Shown piece by piece: positions 48,164-57,900 of a DNA stretch of 64,000 bases. Position 1 is the first letter of the stretch, and every line of letters begins with the position of its first letter. The stretch is taken from the NCBI GenBank assembly GCA_017407205.1, contig JAFQXA010000034.1, positions 35,584 through 99,583 on the forward strand, read 5' to 3'. The notes beneath the pieces are model-generated. The model worked only from the letters and a program-made list of their open reading frames with translations. It was not told the DNA's origin and searched no databases. This stretch comes from Clostridia bacterium. GTDB lineage: Bacteria; Bacillota; Clostridia; Christensenellales; CAG-138. A program made the position numbers and the translations under genes.

Positions 48164-48168
48164 AAAAC

Positions 48169-48450
48169 TTATATCTCGTAATCTACTGAAATACCGCTTT
48201 CAAGTACTGTATGAATATAATCTTTAACCTTTACGTGTTCGGGGTGGTCAGCATATACATCAAGTCCTGCACGGTCATCAAATGTTGCGATAAGCACAAG
48301 ATGATAAGCTCGTGCCGTATCCATAAAGTCAATACCGACTTCCATATTCTTAAGTCCCGGTACTTTTCCGACAAGGTCCATAAGCATGGGCTTGATCTTT
48401 AAAGCTTCATTTTTATCATTATACTTGTGACATACTACGTGTTTAATCAT
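48169..48450 (-). CDS. Dabb (stress-responsive A/B barrel) family protein
   Basis: 93 aa. MIKHVV..., [23 protein letters not shown]. Confidence 0.8.
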   Translation of the reverse strand: MIKHVVCHKYNDKNEALKIKPMLMDLVGKVPGLKNMEVGIDFMDTARAYHLVLIATFDDRAGLDVYADHPEHVKVKDYIHTVLESGISVDYEI

Positions 48451-48456
48451 TTTTCC

Positions 48457-49224
48457 TCACCTGTTCATTTCATATATTTTTTCAAGCCCCTTTAATGTAA
48501 GTGTGGGGTCCACTATATCTATGCAATCAGTTTCCGATGTTATCATGGACGAAAAACCGCCCGTTGCGACAACCTTATATTCTTCCTGCATTTCCTGCTC
48601 AATCTTGCGGATTATGTAATCCACTTGGCCGACATAGCCGTTTATAACACCTGCCTGAACAGCATCCTTCGTGTTTGAGCATACTATCTTATCAGGCTTT
48701 ACATACTCGACTTTATGAAGCATAGCCGCCTTATCCGTCAAAGCATCGGCAGAAACCATGATTCCAGGACAGATAACACCGCCCAAGAACTCGCCTTCGC
48801 GACTTATAACCGAAAAGTTTGTGGCTGTGCCAAAGTCAACTACTATACACGGACCGCCGTATATAGTATAAGCTGCTACAGCGTTGCATATTCTGTCAGT
48901 ACCGAGTGCGGACGGATAATCATACTTTATTTTTAGTCCTAAATTCATATCGCAATTTAAAAGCTTAACTTCTGCATTTTTAAAATACAGCCTGCACATA
49001 TGCTCCATAGTATAATTTATAGAGGGAATAACCGATGAAATCATAACGCCTTCTATATCAAGGGTTGATAAACCCAAATGCGTTAAAAAAGCTTCCATCT
49101 TGATTCCGTATTCATCCGCGGTCTGCTTTAAGTTTGTGGCAAATCGCCAAGAATTTCTAAGTTTTCCGTTTTCAAAAAGTCCCGTCTTTATATTGGTATT
49201 ACCAACATCAAGTACCAAATGCAT
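48457..49224 (-). CDS. coaX: type III pantothenate kinase
   Basis: 255 aa. LVLDVGNTNIKTG, VVDFGTATN, TGG. Confidence 0.93.
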   Translation of the reverse strand: MHLVLDVGNTNIKTGLFENGKLRNSWRFATNLKQTADEYGIKMEAFLTHLGLSTLDIEGVMISSVIPSINYTMEHMCRLYFKNAEVKLLNCDMNLGLKIKYDYPSALGTDRICNAVAAYTIYGGPCIVVDFGTATNFSVISREGEFLGGVICPGIMVSADALTDKAAMLHKVEYVKPDKIVCSNTKDAVQAGVINGYVGQVDYIIRKIEQEMQEEYKVVATGGFSSMITSETDCIDIVDPTLTLKGLEKIYEMNR

Positions 49225-49240
49225 CTTTTAAAATCCTTAC

Positions 49241-49975
49241 TTATTCGTATTTTTCGGTTTCGTTTTCAGCTTCTATTATCTGCGATCTTACAGCACTTTT
49301 GTGTGTACGGTCATACTCTTTGTTAGCACGTGAAATTCTCAACGCTTCGCTTACGGGAACCGCAACCGAAACAGCGCAGACTATTTCTATTATACCGTTG
49401 AATACACCTGTAACAGTGAACAGAATTGTTGCAACCTCGGCAACATCAACACCAAGTTCTTTTGCAAACATTTCTTTTGCAAACAAGTATATAAAACCAA
49501 GTACCAAAGTCGTGTTTGTAAGCGAACCTGTCAAAGCTGCAAGTGCCGCACCGCCGGCGCGCTTTGCTTTTTTAAGGAACGGCTTATATACAAGTGCGGT
49601 AAATACGCCAACAAGCACGCGGGGCAAGAAAATTATAACAACAATCAAGAAAAGGTTGTAAGCACCAAAGCCCGTATTCATTCCTAAAAGTGCCATTGAC
49701 AAAGGCGTAGGTGACATAATACCCGAAACAACGCTTGATATGCCAAAGCACAAGCCAAAGAAAGCACCGCCCTTTACACCGAACATGATCGCTGCAACAA
49801 TTACCGGGATGTGCATAAGCGTCGCTTCAATAATACCAATTCTTATATAACCTATCGGAAAAACAGTCATAAGCACCATTATCGAAAGCAACAAACCGTA
49901 CTGTGTCAATTTTCTTGTTGAGTCACTACCGATAAAAGCTTTTACCTTTTGTTTGTTTTCTTTTTTCTTATCCAT
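49241..49975 (-). CDS. ECF-transporter S component (possibly pantothenate-specific, PanT-like)
   Basis: Preferred start is ATG 49975 (MDKKKENKQ...). About 6 TM helices. Adjacent to coaX, so the substrate is inferred from context only. Confidence 0.6.
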   Translation of the reverse strand: MDKKKENKQKVKAFIGSDSTRKLTQYGLLLSIMVLMTVFPIGYIRIGIIEATLMHIPVIVAAIMFGVKGGAFFGLCFGISSVVSGIMSPTPLSMALLGMNTGFGAYNLFLIVVIIFLPRVLVGVFTALVYKPFLKKAKRAGGAALAALTGSLTNTTLVLGFIYLFAKEMFAKELGVDVAEVATILFTVTGVFNGIIEIVCAVSVAVPVSEALRISRANKEYDRTHKSAVRSQIIEAENETEKYE

Positions 49976-50114
49976 TATGTCATCTCCAACTTCTAAACGT
50001 ACCACTAATTATACATTCTTTTGTTCTATTCATCAACTGTTCATATTGAAAAAGATGACAAGTGCATACTATTTGTGGTAAAATACATAGGTAATTAAAC
50101 TTTTGGAGGATACG

Positions 50115-50882
50115 ATGAGTAAAAGTCGCAGCGAGCGTGTAGCACAAGAAAAAGAATGGCACAATAAAACTTACGGCACGGATGTTCGTGCATCAACACA
50201 GAAGTTTTATTCCGTATTGAAAAAAGACGGTGGCGTTACAGGTTACAGGAATGAGCTTGTCGAGAAAGTTCTTTCTCCCGACTCATCCGTTCTTTTGGAC
50301 TACGGTTGCGGTGACGGTTCATTCCTGCTTTCAATGGCTGATAAGTGCAAAGAAGGATACGGTATAGATATTTCGGACTCAAGAATTGAAGGTGCAACAA
50401 AAGAAGCTAAAGAACGCAATATCACAAATGTTGAATTTTCAGTAATGGATGCTATGAACACCACTTTTGAGGACGGTAAGTTTGATGTTGTTGTCGGTAA
50501 TGCGATACTTCACCACCTTGATCTTGAGGCAAGCATAACAGAGATTGCACGAATCATAAAAAAGGGCGGTGCGGCTTACTTTATAGAACCTTTGGCTACA
50601 AATCCTATTATCAATCTTTACCGTGCTTTAACACCGAAAAAGAGAACCGCTGATGAACAGCCTTTCCGTCGCAAGGAAATCAAGCTCATAAAGAGCATAT
50701 TACCGGGTACAGAGATTGAATACTTTGCAGGTCTTTCACTCCTTGCGTTCCCGTTTAAAAAGTGCAAGAGCTTTCCTAAGATTGCAGCATTCCTTGAAAG
50801 AGCTGACAGGAAATGGTTCCTTGCCAAAAAGAGTCCGTTCAGATGCTTCGCTTGGGTTTGCTTCCTGACACTCAAATATTGA
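50115..50882 (+). CDS. class I SAM-dependent methyltransferase
   Basis: ATG 50115 behind GGAGGA (the track TTG at 50103 is the RBS itself). LLDYGCGDG motif I. Confidence 0.8.
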   Translation: MSKSRSERVAQEKEWHNKTYGTDVRASTQKFYSVLKKDGGVTGYRNELVEKVLSPDSSVLLDYGCGDGSFLLSMADKCKEGYGIDISDSRIEGATKEAKERNITNVEFSVMDAMNTTFEDGKFDVVVGNAILHHLDLEASITEIARIIKKGGAAYFIEPLATNPIINLYRALTPKKRTADEQPFRRKEIKLIKSILPGTEIEYFAGLSLLAFPFKKCKSFPKIAAFLERADRKWFLAKKSPFRCFAWVCFLTLKY

Positions 50883-50983
50883 TAACAAAATACCGACTTT
50901 GATTTTATGCTCATGATGAAAATCGTGGGCACAAAATTTTATTAAGCTTTTTTCGATAATTTATAGTATTTTTCGGGTGAACA

Positions 50984-52042
50984 ATGGATACTAAAAAAAC
51001 TAAACGAACAGCCTTATTCAGATATTTATATATAGGCTTAACAATCATTGTAATATTGCTTATTGGCTTATTGGATCCCAATTTCGAGGGTATGATCGTT
51101 GCGCTTGAAACCTTAAATCCTACTTGGTTTTGCATATCATTTTTCGTACTTTTCATGTATTGGCTGACAGACGCTTTTTTAATTCAGCATATAAGCTCAT
51201 ACATGTACGGAAAATACTCTGTTGCAAAATCGCTTAAAATTGGGCTCATAGGTCTTTACTACGGTGCTCTTACTCCATCTGCAACAGGCGGTCAGCCCAT
51301 GCAGGTAGTATATATGCGCCGTGACGGAATCGGTACCGGAACCGCAACAGGCATAATAGGCGTAAAGCTTGTAGTTTACCAGGCCTCACTTTGTGCTATA
51401 TCCATTGTTTTCCTGATTTTATCGGGAGCTTGGTATTATGCTTCATATAATCAGGTATTTTGGCTTACGCTCATTGGTCTTGTAGTTAACATTGCATTGG
51501 TAGCAATAATCAGTCTGTCGCTTTTTAACCGCAAATTCATCAACAAATGCGGGTTTGGCATCATAAGACTCCTTGAAAAAATAAGAATCTTGAAGTCCGA
51601 AGAAAAAGCAGAAAAAATGCGCGCATCCTTCACGCAAACCATGAACGAATTCCACGAATCGATGAGCTACATAGTAAAACATAAATTCAAGGTTTTTGTT
51701 TCGTTTCTGATCTCGGTCATAAACCTGCTTTTCCTTTTTGCAATCCCATACTGTATCTACCGTGCAATGGGTTTCAGTGAACATTCACTATGCTTTCTTT
51801 TGCCACTCCAAACATTCCTCTACCTGGCTGTTTCATTCATACCTACACCGGGCAGTTCAGGGGCATCTGAAGGCGGATTTTATCTCTTCTACGGCAACAT
51901 ATTCCCGGGTGAAAACCTCTTTGTTTCAATGCTTCTTTGGAGATTCCTTACATACTACGCAATTCTCTTTGTCGGGAGCGGAATAGTGCTCGTTGAAGAA
52001 ATACGTGACGGTAAAAGAAAAAAACGATTAAAAGAAAAATAA
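50984..52042 (+). CDS. flippase-like / LPG-synthase-TM (UPF0104) family membrane protein
   Basis: 352 aa, polytopic. ...GALTPSATGGQPMQVVYM... is typical of the family. Confidence 0.7.
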   Translation: MDTKKTKRTALFRYLYIGLTIIVILLIGLLDPNFEGMIVALETLNPTWFCISFFVLFMYWLTDAFLIQHISSYMYGKYSVAKSLKIGLIGLYYGALTPSATGGQPMQVVYMRRDGIGTGTATGIIGVKLVVYQASLCAISIVFLILSGAWYYASYNQVFWLTLIGLVVNIALVAIISLSLFNRKFINKCGFGIIRLLEKIRILKSEEKAEKMRASFTQTMNEFHESMSYIVKHKFKVFVSFLISVINLLFLFAIPYCIYRAMGFSEHSLCFLLPLQTFLYLAVSFIPTPGSSGASEGGFYLFYGNIFPGENLFVSMLLWRFLTYYAILFVGSGIVLVEEIRDGKRKKRLKEK

Positions 52043-52046
52043 GTGC

Positions 52047-52081
52047 AAAGAGCAATCACATGCTGATTGCTCTTTCTTTTT
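52047..52081 (+). terminator. intrinsic terminator of the UPF0104 gene, overlapping the 3' end of the convergent MreB-like gene
   Basis: AAAGAGCAATCA-catgc-TGATTGCTCTTT, followed by CTTTTTG. Confidence 0.7.
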
Positions 52082-52934
52082 GTACATTCGATTTTATTTC
52101 GTTTCCGTTCATCTTCAATGCTCCGAACACAACCGCATCGCTTCCTGCTTCATCGGTATATACCCCCACATTCAGCGTTTTTGAGAGCACATTTTTCAAA
52201 AGCATAATTTTTCCACCGCCACCCGTTATGTAAATCCCGTTTCTTATAATATCTCCAACGAGTTCGGGTGAAGTAGCAATAAAAAGCTCTTCAAGCATAT
52301 TTATTATCGGTTTTAAAGCAATTTCAAGTGCTCGTTCTCTTGTGAACTTATTCTCGTTACGCAAAAGAAAAGCATTTATATCGCCTGCTCCCCAAGTGAC
52401 CTCTGCTTCTGTGCATACTTTGCCAAAACAGATTATAGCGACACTTGTGCGCTTTACACCCATATCCATTATAAGTGTACCGCCCGTTTGACTTTTTTCA
52501 TAGGCAAGACTTCCGTAGGCCGAGCAAAATATCGATGATATGCAGGTAACACTTCCCGACATTGCAAACTGCATGGCATTCATTATTTGCTTTTTGCACA
52601 AGTTGTCTACTCCGTATCTTACAGGCAACAAAACTCGCCTGCTTGCACCGCGTTTAAAACGCTCATTGCTGCCCTCAAACAGCTTTTTTACGGTCTCACA
52701 AAGGAGACTTCCATCTGTAATTTTATCACCCTTAAATGGCGATTTCATTATAACGCCATCGGGGAAGCGATTGTATAAAAGCACAGCATTTTTCCCTGCT
52801 GCCAAAACTTTGTTATCACCGTTTTTGGAAACTGCCGCAACCGTTGGTTCTCGCATCAAAAGTCCGCATCCAACTTTTGCAATCCGTGTGTGCGATGTAC
52901 CTATATCAACTATAAATGTATCCGAAAAACCCAT
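52056..52934 (-). CDS. divergent MreB/actin-like ATPase-fold protein
   Basis: Preferred start is ATG 52934 (MGFSDTFIVDIGTSHTRIA) behind GGGAGG. ...EPTVAAV..., IYITGGGGKI. The phosphate-2 motif is degenerate (MDMGVKRTS instead of DIGGGTT). Confidence 0.6.
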   Translation of the reverse strand: MGFSDTFIVDIGTSHTRIAKVGCGLLMREPTVAAVSKNGDNKVLAAGKNAVLLYNRFPDGVIMKSPFKGDKITDGSLLCETVKKLFEGSNERFKRGASRRVLLPVRYGVDNLCKKQIMNAMQFAMSGSVTCISSIFCSAYGSLAYEKSQTGGTLIMDMGVKRTSVAIICFGKVCTEAEVTWGAGDINAFLLRNENKFTRERALEIALKPIINMLEELFIATSPELVGDIIRNGIYITGGGGKIMLLKNVLSKTLNVGVYTDEAGSDAVVFGALKMNGNEIKSNVQKERAISM

Positions 52935-53027
52935 GCTCTTGCCTCCCATATATTTATCTTGTCCGTACATTTTATGGTTATGCAAGAACTACTTGGAATT
53001 TGACCGCAAAAATGATATATTTTTAGC

Positions 53028-53606
53028 ATGAGTATTTTTTGTGATAAAGATTTGAATTTAATATTGGCATCAGCTTCCCCAAGAAGAAGCGAAATCATGA
53101 AGCTTGCAGGCTACGATTTTAAAGTAGTTCCATCTTTTGCAGACGAAACAGTTATCCCCGTTCCCAAAACTCCTCATGAATTTGTAGAAAAGCTTTCACG
53201 AATTAAAGCGGAAGAAGTTTTTTCAAGAAACCCTGATGCCTGCGTTATAGGTGCTGATACAGTTGTTGTTTTAAATGACAACATTCTGGGGAAACCCAAG
53301 GATGATGAAGATGCTTTTTTGATGCTTAAAAGTCTTTCAGGCAACACGCATACTGTTTATACAGGTGTAAGTATACTTTCAAAGAATAAGCAAGTCACAT
53401 TTCATGAAGCAACTTTCGTCACTTTCAACTCTTTAAGTGATGACGAAATAAGATGCTATCTTAAAACTTCAGAGCATCGTGACAAGGCAGGCGCATACGG
53501 TATTCAAGGTTACGGTTCCGTATTCGTTTCACATATTGAAGGTTGCTACTTCAATGTTATGGGGCTTCCCATTTCAAAGTTATATAACGCTTTAAAAGAA
53601 TTTTAA
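53028..53606 (+). CDS. maf: Maf-like nucleoside triphosphate pyrophosphatase
   Basis: 192 aa. LILASASPRRSEIM, GADTVV, KAGAYGIQG. Confidence 0.9.
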   Translation: MSIFCDKDLNLILASASPRRSEIMKLAGYDFKVVPSFADETVIPVPKTPHEFVEKLSRIKAEEVFSRNPDACVIGADTVVVLNDNILGKPKDDEDAFLMLKSLSGNTHTVYTGVSILSKNKQVTFHEATFVTFNSLSDDEIRCYLKTSEHRDKAGAYGIQGYGSVFVSHIEGCYFNVMGLPISKLYNALKEF

Positions 53607-53616
53607 GCACATATTT

Positions 53617-54057
53617 TTATTTATCTTCTTTTTGCTGTTTCTGCTTTAGTATTTCATTAAGTCTTGCTGTTCTCTTTTTGGTTATGAAATAAATGATGGT
53701 CCAGATCGCCAAATAGCCAACAACAAAAATGGCAGAAAAAACCAAAACAGGAGTTACACCCCATTCCAGCCAATCATTAAGCATATATGTACCCAAATAG
53801 GTGGTATATAGGACAGCACCATGAATTAAAATCGCCATCGACAGGGGCAGTCTTTCAATCTGATAGACAACATTCATTCCGCCTGCAATAAACGCAAGTG
53901 CCGATACTGAAAATATGCCAACACAAACTCGGTTTACACTCAGGGTCTCAACAACAGCTTGATGCTGCAAAATCAAATACAATATTGCTAAAACAATAGG
54001 TCCAAAGCCACACGCAATCAATCCGCGACGAAAAAACTCAGAAACAAATTTCCTCAT
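53617..54057 (-). CDS. DUF3021-like small membrane protein
   Basis: 146 aa, 4 TM. Overlaps the end of the LytTR gene. The LytTR plus 4-TM partner pairing is typical. Confidence 0.65.
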   Translation of the reverse strand: MRKFVSEFFRRGLIACGFGPIVLAILYLILQHQAVVETLSVNRVCVGIFSVSALAFIAGGMNVVYQIERLPLSMAILIHGAVLYTTYLGTYMLNDWLEWGVTPVLVFSAIFVVGYLAIWTIIYFITKKRTARLNEILKQKQQKEDK

Positions 54058-54497
54058 ATTCCTTCATACCTCCTTCTGATTTCCGCAAAACAACGTCTTG
54101 ACACATACTCACGATAGCCACATTGAAAAATGGCATCCACCCCACCGCTGAACGCTGTATCGAATCGCAGAATGCGGTGTTCATTGGCAAGAGTAGATTT
54201 GTTAATACGAATAAAATAGCTCGGTAAAACCTCCGCTAAATCACGAAGCCTGTCCTGAATACGATACTGATTGCCATATGTATCAATGGCAACCACTTTT
54301 CTGTCCAAAATTGTAATACATTCTATTTCTTGAAACGCTAATCTTCGCTTCTCATCATCCCGGAGTCCTATAATGAAGTCAACACCCGAAAAGCTGCAAA
54401 CAAGGTTTTCTATTTGTTGTGTCAATGAGGAAGGCTCATGAACTATTGCTATTATTTCTTCTTCTGCATTTTTATCGATTATGAGTTTATATTTCAT
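54054..54497 (-). CDS. LytTR-family DNA-binding protein (no receiver domain)
   Basis: 147 aa. ...FIRINKSTLANEHRILRF... matches the LytTR pattern. Confidence 0.8.
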   Translation of the reverse strand: MKYKLIIDKNAEEEIIAIVHEPSSLTQQIENLVCSFSGVDFIIGLRDDEKRRLAFQEIECITILDRKVVAIDTYGNQYRIQDRLRDLAEVLPSYFIRINKSTLANEHRILRFDTAFSGGVDAIFQCGYREYVSRRCFAEIRRRYEGI

Positions 54498-54508
54498 AGT
54501 TTCAGTCC

Positions 54509-55240
54509 TTACTGTCTTTTCATTTGTCCGAGGAAAACTGTCACAGCAACTGCCGTTGTAAGTATACTATACAGGATAATTGGCATCATGTGCGAAGTTG
54601 CTATCTCAAAATTCCCGTTAAACAGTGCTCTTTCCATCTCTACTGCATGAACGAACGGCAACGCATTTGCTGCTTTTTCAAAAATGCCTCCAACAAGCTT
54701 CAAATCGAACCATACACCGGAAAACCATGCAGAGAGATTGGTAAGTAATGCACCGCAAATTCCGCCTGCCTGTTTAGATGAAAAAATACTGCCGCACATA
54801 AGCCCCAACGCTACATTGAAAACCGCCATGGGAATTATACCAATTACAGCATAAGCAAAATTTATGCTGACAGTCAAGCCCAGAGGAATTGCAAACAGAT
54901 AGCAAATAACCGTCTGCACTATTGAAACAGGCAAAAGCGGAAGCATATATCCAATAATAAAATCAACACTGGTAAGCGGTGTGGTGTACAATCTCTGCAG
55001 CAGAGCACTTTCTCGGTCTTTTGCAATCAAGGTTGCGGAAAAAAGCGTAATAAAGGACAAGCCAAACACGGTAATCCCCGGAGTCAGTGTATTAATTTCA
55101 AACAAGCTTACCGGAATATTTGCCTGCATCGCACTCAAAAGCAAGAGCAAAATAAGAGGAAACCCCAAACCGAAAGCAAGATTAATAGGGTCACGCACAA
55201 TTTCTTTTGTACATCTTTTTGCAAAGGCCAACATCCTCAT
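54509..55240 (-). CDS. ABC-2 type transporter permease
   Basis: 243 aa, 6 TM. Overlaps the ATPase gene by 4 nt. Confidence 0.8.
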   Translation of the reverse strand: MRMLAFAKRCTKEIVRDPINLAFGLGFPLILLLLLSAMQANIPVSLFEINTLTPGITVFGLSFITLFSATLIAKDRESALLQRLYTTPLTSVDFIIGYMLPLLPVSIVQTVICYLFAIPLGLTVSINFAYAVIGIIPMAVFNVALGLMCGSIFSSKQAGGICGALLTNLSAWFSGVWFDLKLVGGIFEKAANALPFVHAVEMERALFNGNFEIATSHMMPIILYSILTTAVAVTVFLGQMKRQ

Positions 55241-55965
55241 ACCGCACTCTCCTTGATAAGGGAAATAAAAGCCGTTTCAAAATCATCACTCTTGCCCTTT
55301 TCTTTTAATTCCGCTGCCGTACCCACCGCAAGCAGATGTCCGCTTTTCATAATGCCGATACGATCGGAAAGTGACTCTGCTTCTTCCATATAATGTGTTG
55401 TCAGGATAATAGTCACTTTACCTTTTAATGAGCGAATCACACTCCAAAGCTCTTGCCTCGCAATCACATCCAATCCAAGAGTGGGTTCGTCCAGGAACAA
55501 AATCTGAGGTTCGCCAATCAGTGCCATTGCAATGCTAAGGCGACGCTGAAAACCACCTGATAACTTTCCTGCTTTTCTATTTAAAACTGCATCCAAGCCA
55601 AATCGCAGAGAAAGTTCGTTTGTTTTTAATTGCGTCTTTTCCTTGGAAAGCTCATGAATACCGCATATAAGTTCAAGATTTTCTTTCACGGAGAGATTCG
55701 GAGCAACAGCCGTTTCTTGTGGGGATACGCCTATTATCCGCTTTACCTTATCATGTTCTTCCGCAATACTGTAACCGCCCACAACAGCATCTCCGCTTGT
55801 AGGCTTTGTCAAACAAGAAAGCATTTTTATTATTGTGGTCTTCCCTGCACCGTTCACACCAAGCAAAGCGAATAATTCACCTTGCCGTATTTCAAAATTA
55901 AGTTCATAAACAGCCGTCAGGTTTTTATATTGCTTAACAAGCTTATGTGTTTTAACAGCTTGCAT
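55237..55965 (-). CDS. ABC transporter ATP-binding protein
   Basis: 242 aa. GVNGAGKTT, LSGGFQRRL, LFLDEPT. Confidence 0.92.
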   Translation of the reverse strand: MQAVKTHKLVKQYKNLTAVYELNFEIRQGELFALLGVNGAGKTTIIKMLSCLTKPTSGDAVVGGYSIAEEHDKVKRIIGVSPQETAVAPNLSVKENLELICGIHELSKEKTQLKTNELSLRFGLDAVLNRKAGKLSGGFQRRLSIAMALIGEPQILFLDEPTLGLDVIARQELWSVIRSLKGKVTIILTTHYMEEAESLSDRIGIMKSGHLLAVGTAAELKEKGKSDDFETAFISLIKESAV

Positions 55966-56038
55966 TTATACATTCTCCTTTAAACATTCAACTTTGTGAT
56001 ACTATCATACCAAAATAAAAATGTAAGATGTTGTCTTT

Positions 56039-56071
56039 TGTCTGTTCGGTCGCTTTTTGTGTCTGTTCGGT
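56039..56071 (-). promoter_or_regulatory. two 12-nt direct repeats at 21-bp phasing upstream of the ABC/LytTR operon
   Basis: TGTCTGTTCGGT at 56039-56050 and 56060-71. The proximal copy is ~29 bp upstream of a TGgTATGAT extended -10 (comp. 56004-56009). No good -35. Confidence 0.55.
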
Positions 56072-56075
56072 TCAA

Positions 56076-56113
56076 ACATAAAAGCGATACTCGGTTATAA
56101 ACCAAGTATCGCT
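56076..56113 (-). terminator. intrinsic terminator of the 512-aa PMBR-like gene
   Basis: Reverse strand: AGCGATACT-tggtttataaccg-AGTATCGCT, followed by TTTATGTTT. Confidence 0.65.
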
Positions 56114-56133
56114 AAATTTGTTAAAACGCATCT

Positions 56134-57672
56134 TCACCACGCTGTAACTGAAATCTCATCCGGCAAGAAGCCGTTTGCAAAGTAGTAGTCTAAAGCCCTT
56201 GCAAAGAGATAAATCATATTATAGTGATTCATCGTGCCAAACTCAGTCGTGACATATGCAGGTACTGCATTATTTGTATAAACCGCTGTTGCAATTCTCT
56301 GCGCAAGCTTTATATAAGATGTCTTTGTAAATGTTACTTCTGTTATAGTTTCGCTTACTGCACTCTTTGGCGTTGCAATCTCCTTGAGTGGCATATTATT
56401 AGCCTTACCACGATTTATATTGCTTACGGTCGCCGCAAAAAGTCTGAGCATTGTGCCGATATACACTCTCGTGTTTTCAGCAAGAGTTACATACTTCGGC
56501 ATCTCATCAGTGCTTTCAATTGCAACAACAAGGCGACGTGCACCTTTCAAAATATCAACAAAGTTAAGATAAGTGTAATCAGGAGCTACACTGTCCTCGG
56601 GCGGTGTCGGCAAGCTTTCATGCCAAGGCTCCACAATAATGCTGTCAATCAAAATTCCGCTTGATGCATATCTTATGCAGATTTTAACAAAGGTTCTGAT
56701 AAGCGTTTCAGCGGACAACGCACCGACCGTTTGTGTATTTATAAAGCCTTTTACTGCACACTCAGGTGAGTTGTCAACATAGTTCAAAACTGACTGTGCA
56801 GTTTCTACATAATCCCAGCTTTCAAATATAACGCCCGTTATATTTTCGTATGATTTTTCTATGTAAGCCGCTTCGCTTCTCTCGATAATATCGTCAACAT
56901 AGCCGTTTGAGGCATCAACTATTATTTTTGAAACCAAAACCAAGAATTCAGGCATAAACACCTGCTCATTTTCAATCGTTACATACGGGGGACAAGCCTT
57001 ATTTTCTGCTATATATGTATTAACACTTTGGCAAGCCGCGAAAACGCTTGAAGTTTTGAATTCTACCGTTCCTACCTGTGGCGGTGCGGGCATGGGACTT
57101 TCCCAAGATGTCACTTCCACAGATTCGGGAAGTATGCTTGTCTGCCTGTAAAGTGAACCAACACGTGCAAAAGCTCCGATTATGCTGCTGAACGACATCG
57201 CACCAAGAGGTGTCTGTATATAGCCGGGTGCTTCTCCCTTTTTATTGATATAATCTACTGTATCATAAGCCAAGGCGAGATATTCTTGCTTTGTAAGCGT
57301 GCCTGACATCATCTTTTCATACTCAATTGACTTTTCACTTATGCTGTTTCTGAAAACATAAGTTGTGTTGCCTTTTTCTTCGTTTATGATGAATTCAGCC
57401 ATTATGCCGATAAACTCATTCATATAGATGTGATTACCGGCAATTGTCGCATACTTCGGCAACTCACCCGGATTATTGGTAATGTAAAGGTCAACGCCAT
57501 TTGCTGAATAGAGTACATCTTTATCCGGCAAACATTCTAAGTCGGCAGAAGCATGCCCACCATCGTAATATATATCGTTTTCTCCGTTATCGACTAATCG
57601 TGCAAAACTAAAACCCGAAAACACGCTGAACACAAAAGCCAAAGCCAAAACAAACGCGATAGTCTTTTTCAT
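56134..57672 (-). CDS. secreted protein made only of pseudomurein-binding-repeat-like modules
   Basis: Signal peptide MKKTIAFVLALAFVFSVFSGFSFA. Four modules end in ...LPESVEVTSW, ...LIDSIIVEPW and ...FLPDEISVTAW. Paralogous to 15375-18875 and 58784-60910. Confidence 0.65.
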   Translation of the reverse strand: MKKTIAFVLALAFVFSVFSGFSFARLVDNGENDIYYDGGHASADLECLPDKDVLYSANGVDLYITNNPGELPKYATIAGNHIYMNEFIGIMAEFIINEEKGNTTYVFRNSISEKSIEYEKMMSGTLTKQEYLALAYDTVDYINKKGEAPGYIQTPLGAMSFSSIIGAFARVGSLYRQTSILPESVEVTSWESPMPAPPQVGTVEFKTSSVFAACQSVNTYIAENKACPPYVTIENEQVFMPEFLVLVSKIIVDASNGYVDDIIERSEAAYIEKSYENITGVIFESWDYVETAQSVLNYVDNSPECAVKGFINTQTVGALSAETLIRTFVKICIRYASSGILIDSIIVEPWHESLPTPPEDSVAPDYTYLNFVDILKGARRLVVAIESTDEMPKYVTLAENTRVYIGTMLRLFAATVSNINRGKANNMPLKEIATPKSAVSETITEVTFTKTSYIKLAQRIATAVYTNNAVPAYVTTEFGTMNHYNMIYLFARALDYYFANGFLPDEISVTAW

Positions 57673-57900
57673 GTTATTTACCCCATTTCTTCACGATAAA
57701 CACTTAGGTATAGCATATCACAATTTATCATATCTGTCTATTTCAAAGCATTGATTTAACAATCTCATAAAAGTAAAAAATAATATATTATATAGAGTTT
57801 TCATATCTATATACAGTAAAACAATTATTTGATATACTGCATGTTGTGGTTTGTTTGTAATTTGTCATTGTATTTCATCAAAGCAAAGGAGTGAGCCGTA

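Noticed and set aside
56039-56071. CRISPR-like or mobile-element repeat
   Set aside because: There are only two 12-nt copies, no array and no cas genes. The 21-bp phasing next to a promoter fits a regulator binding site.
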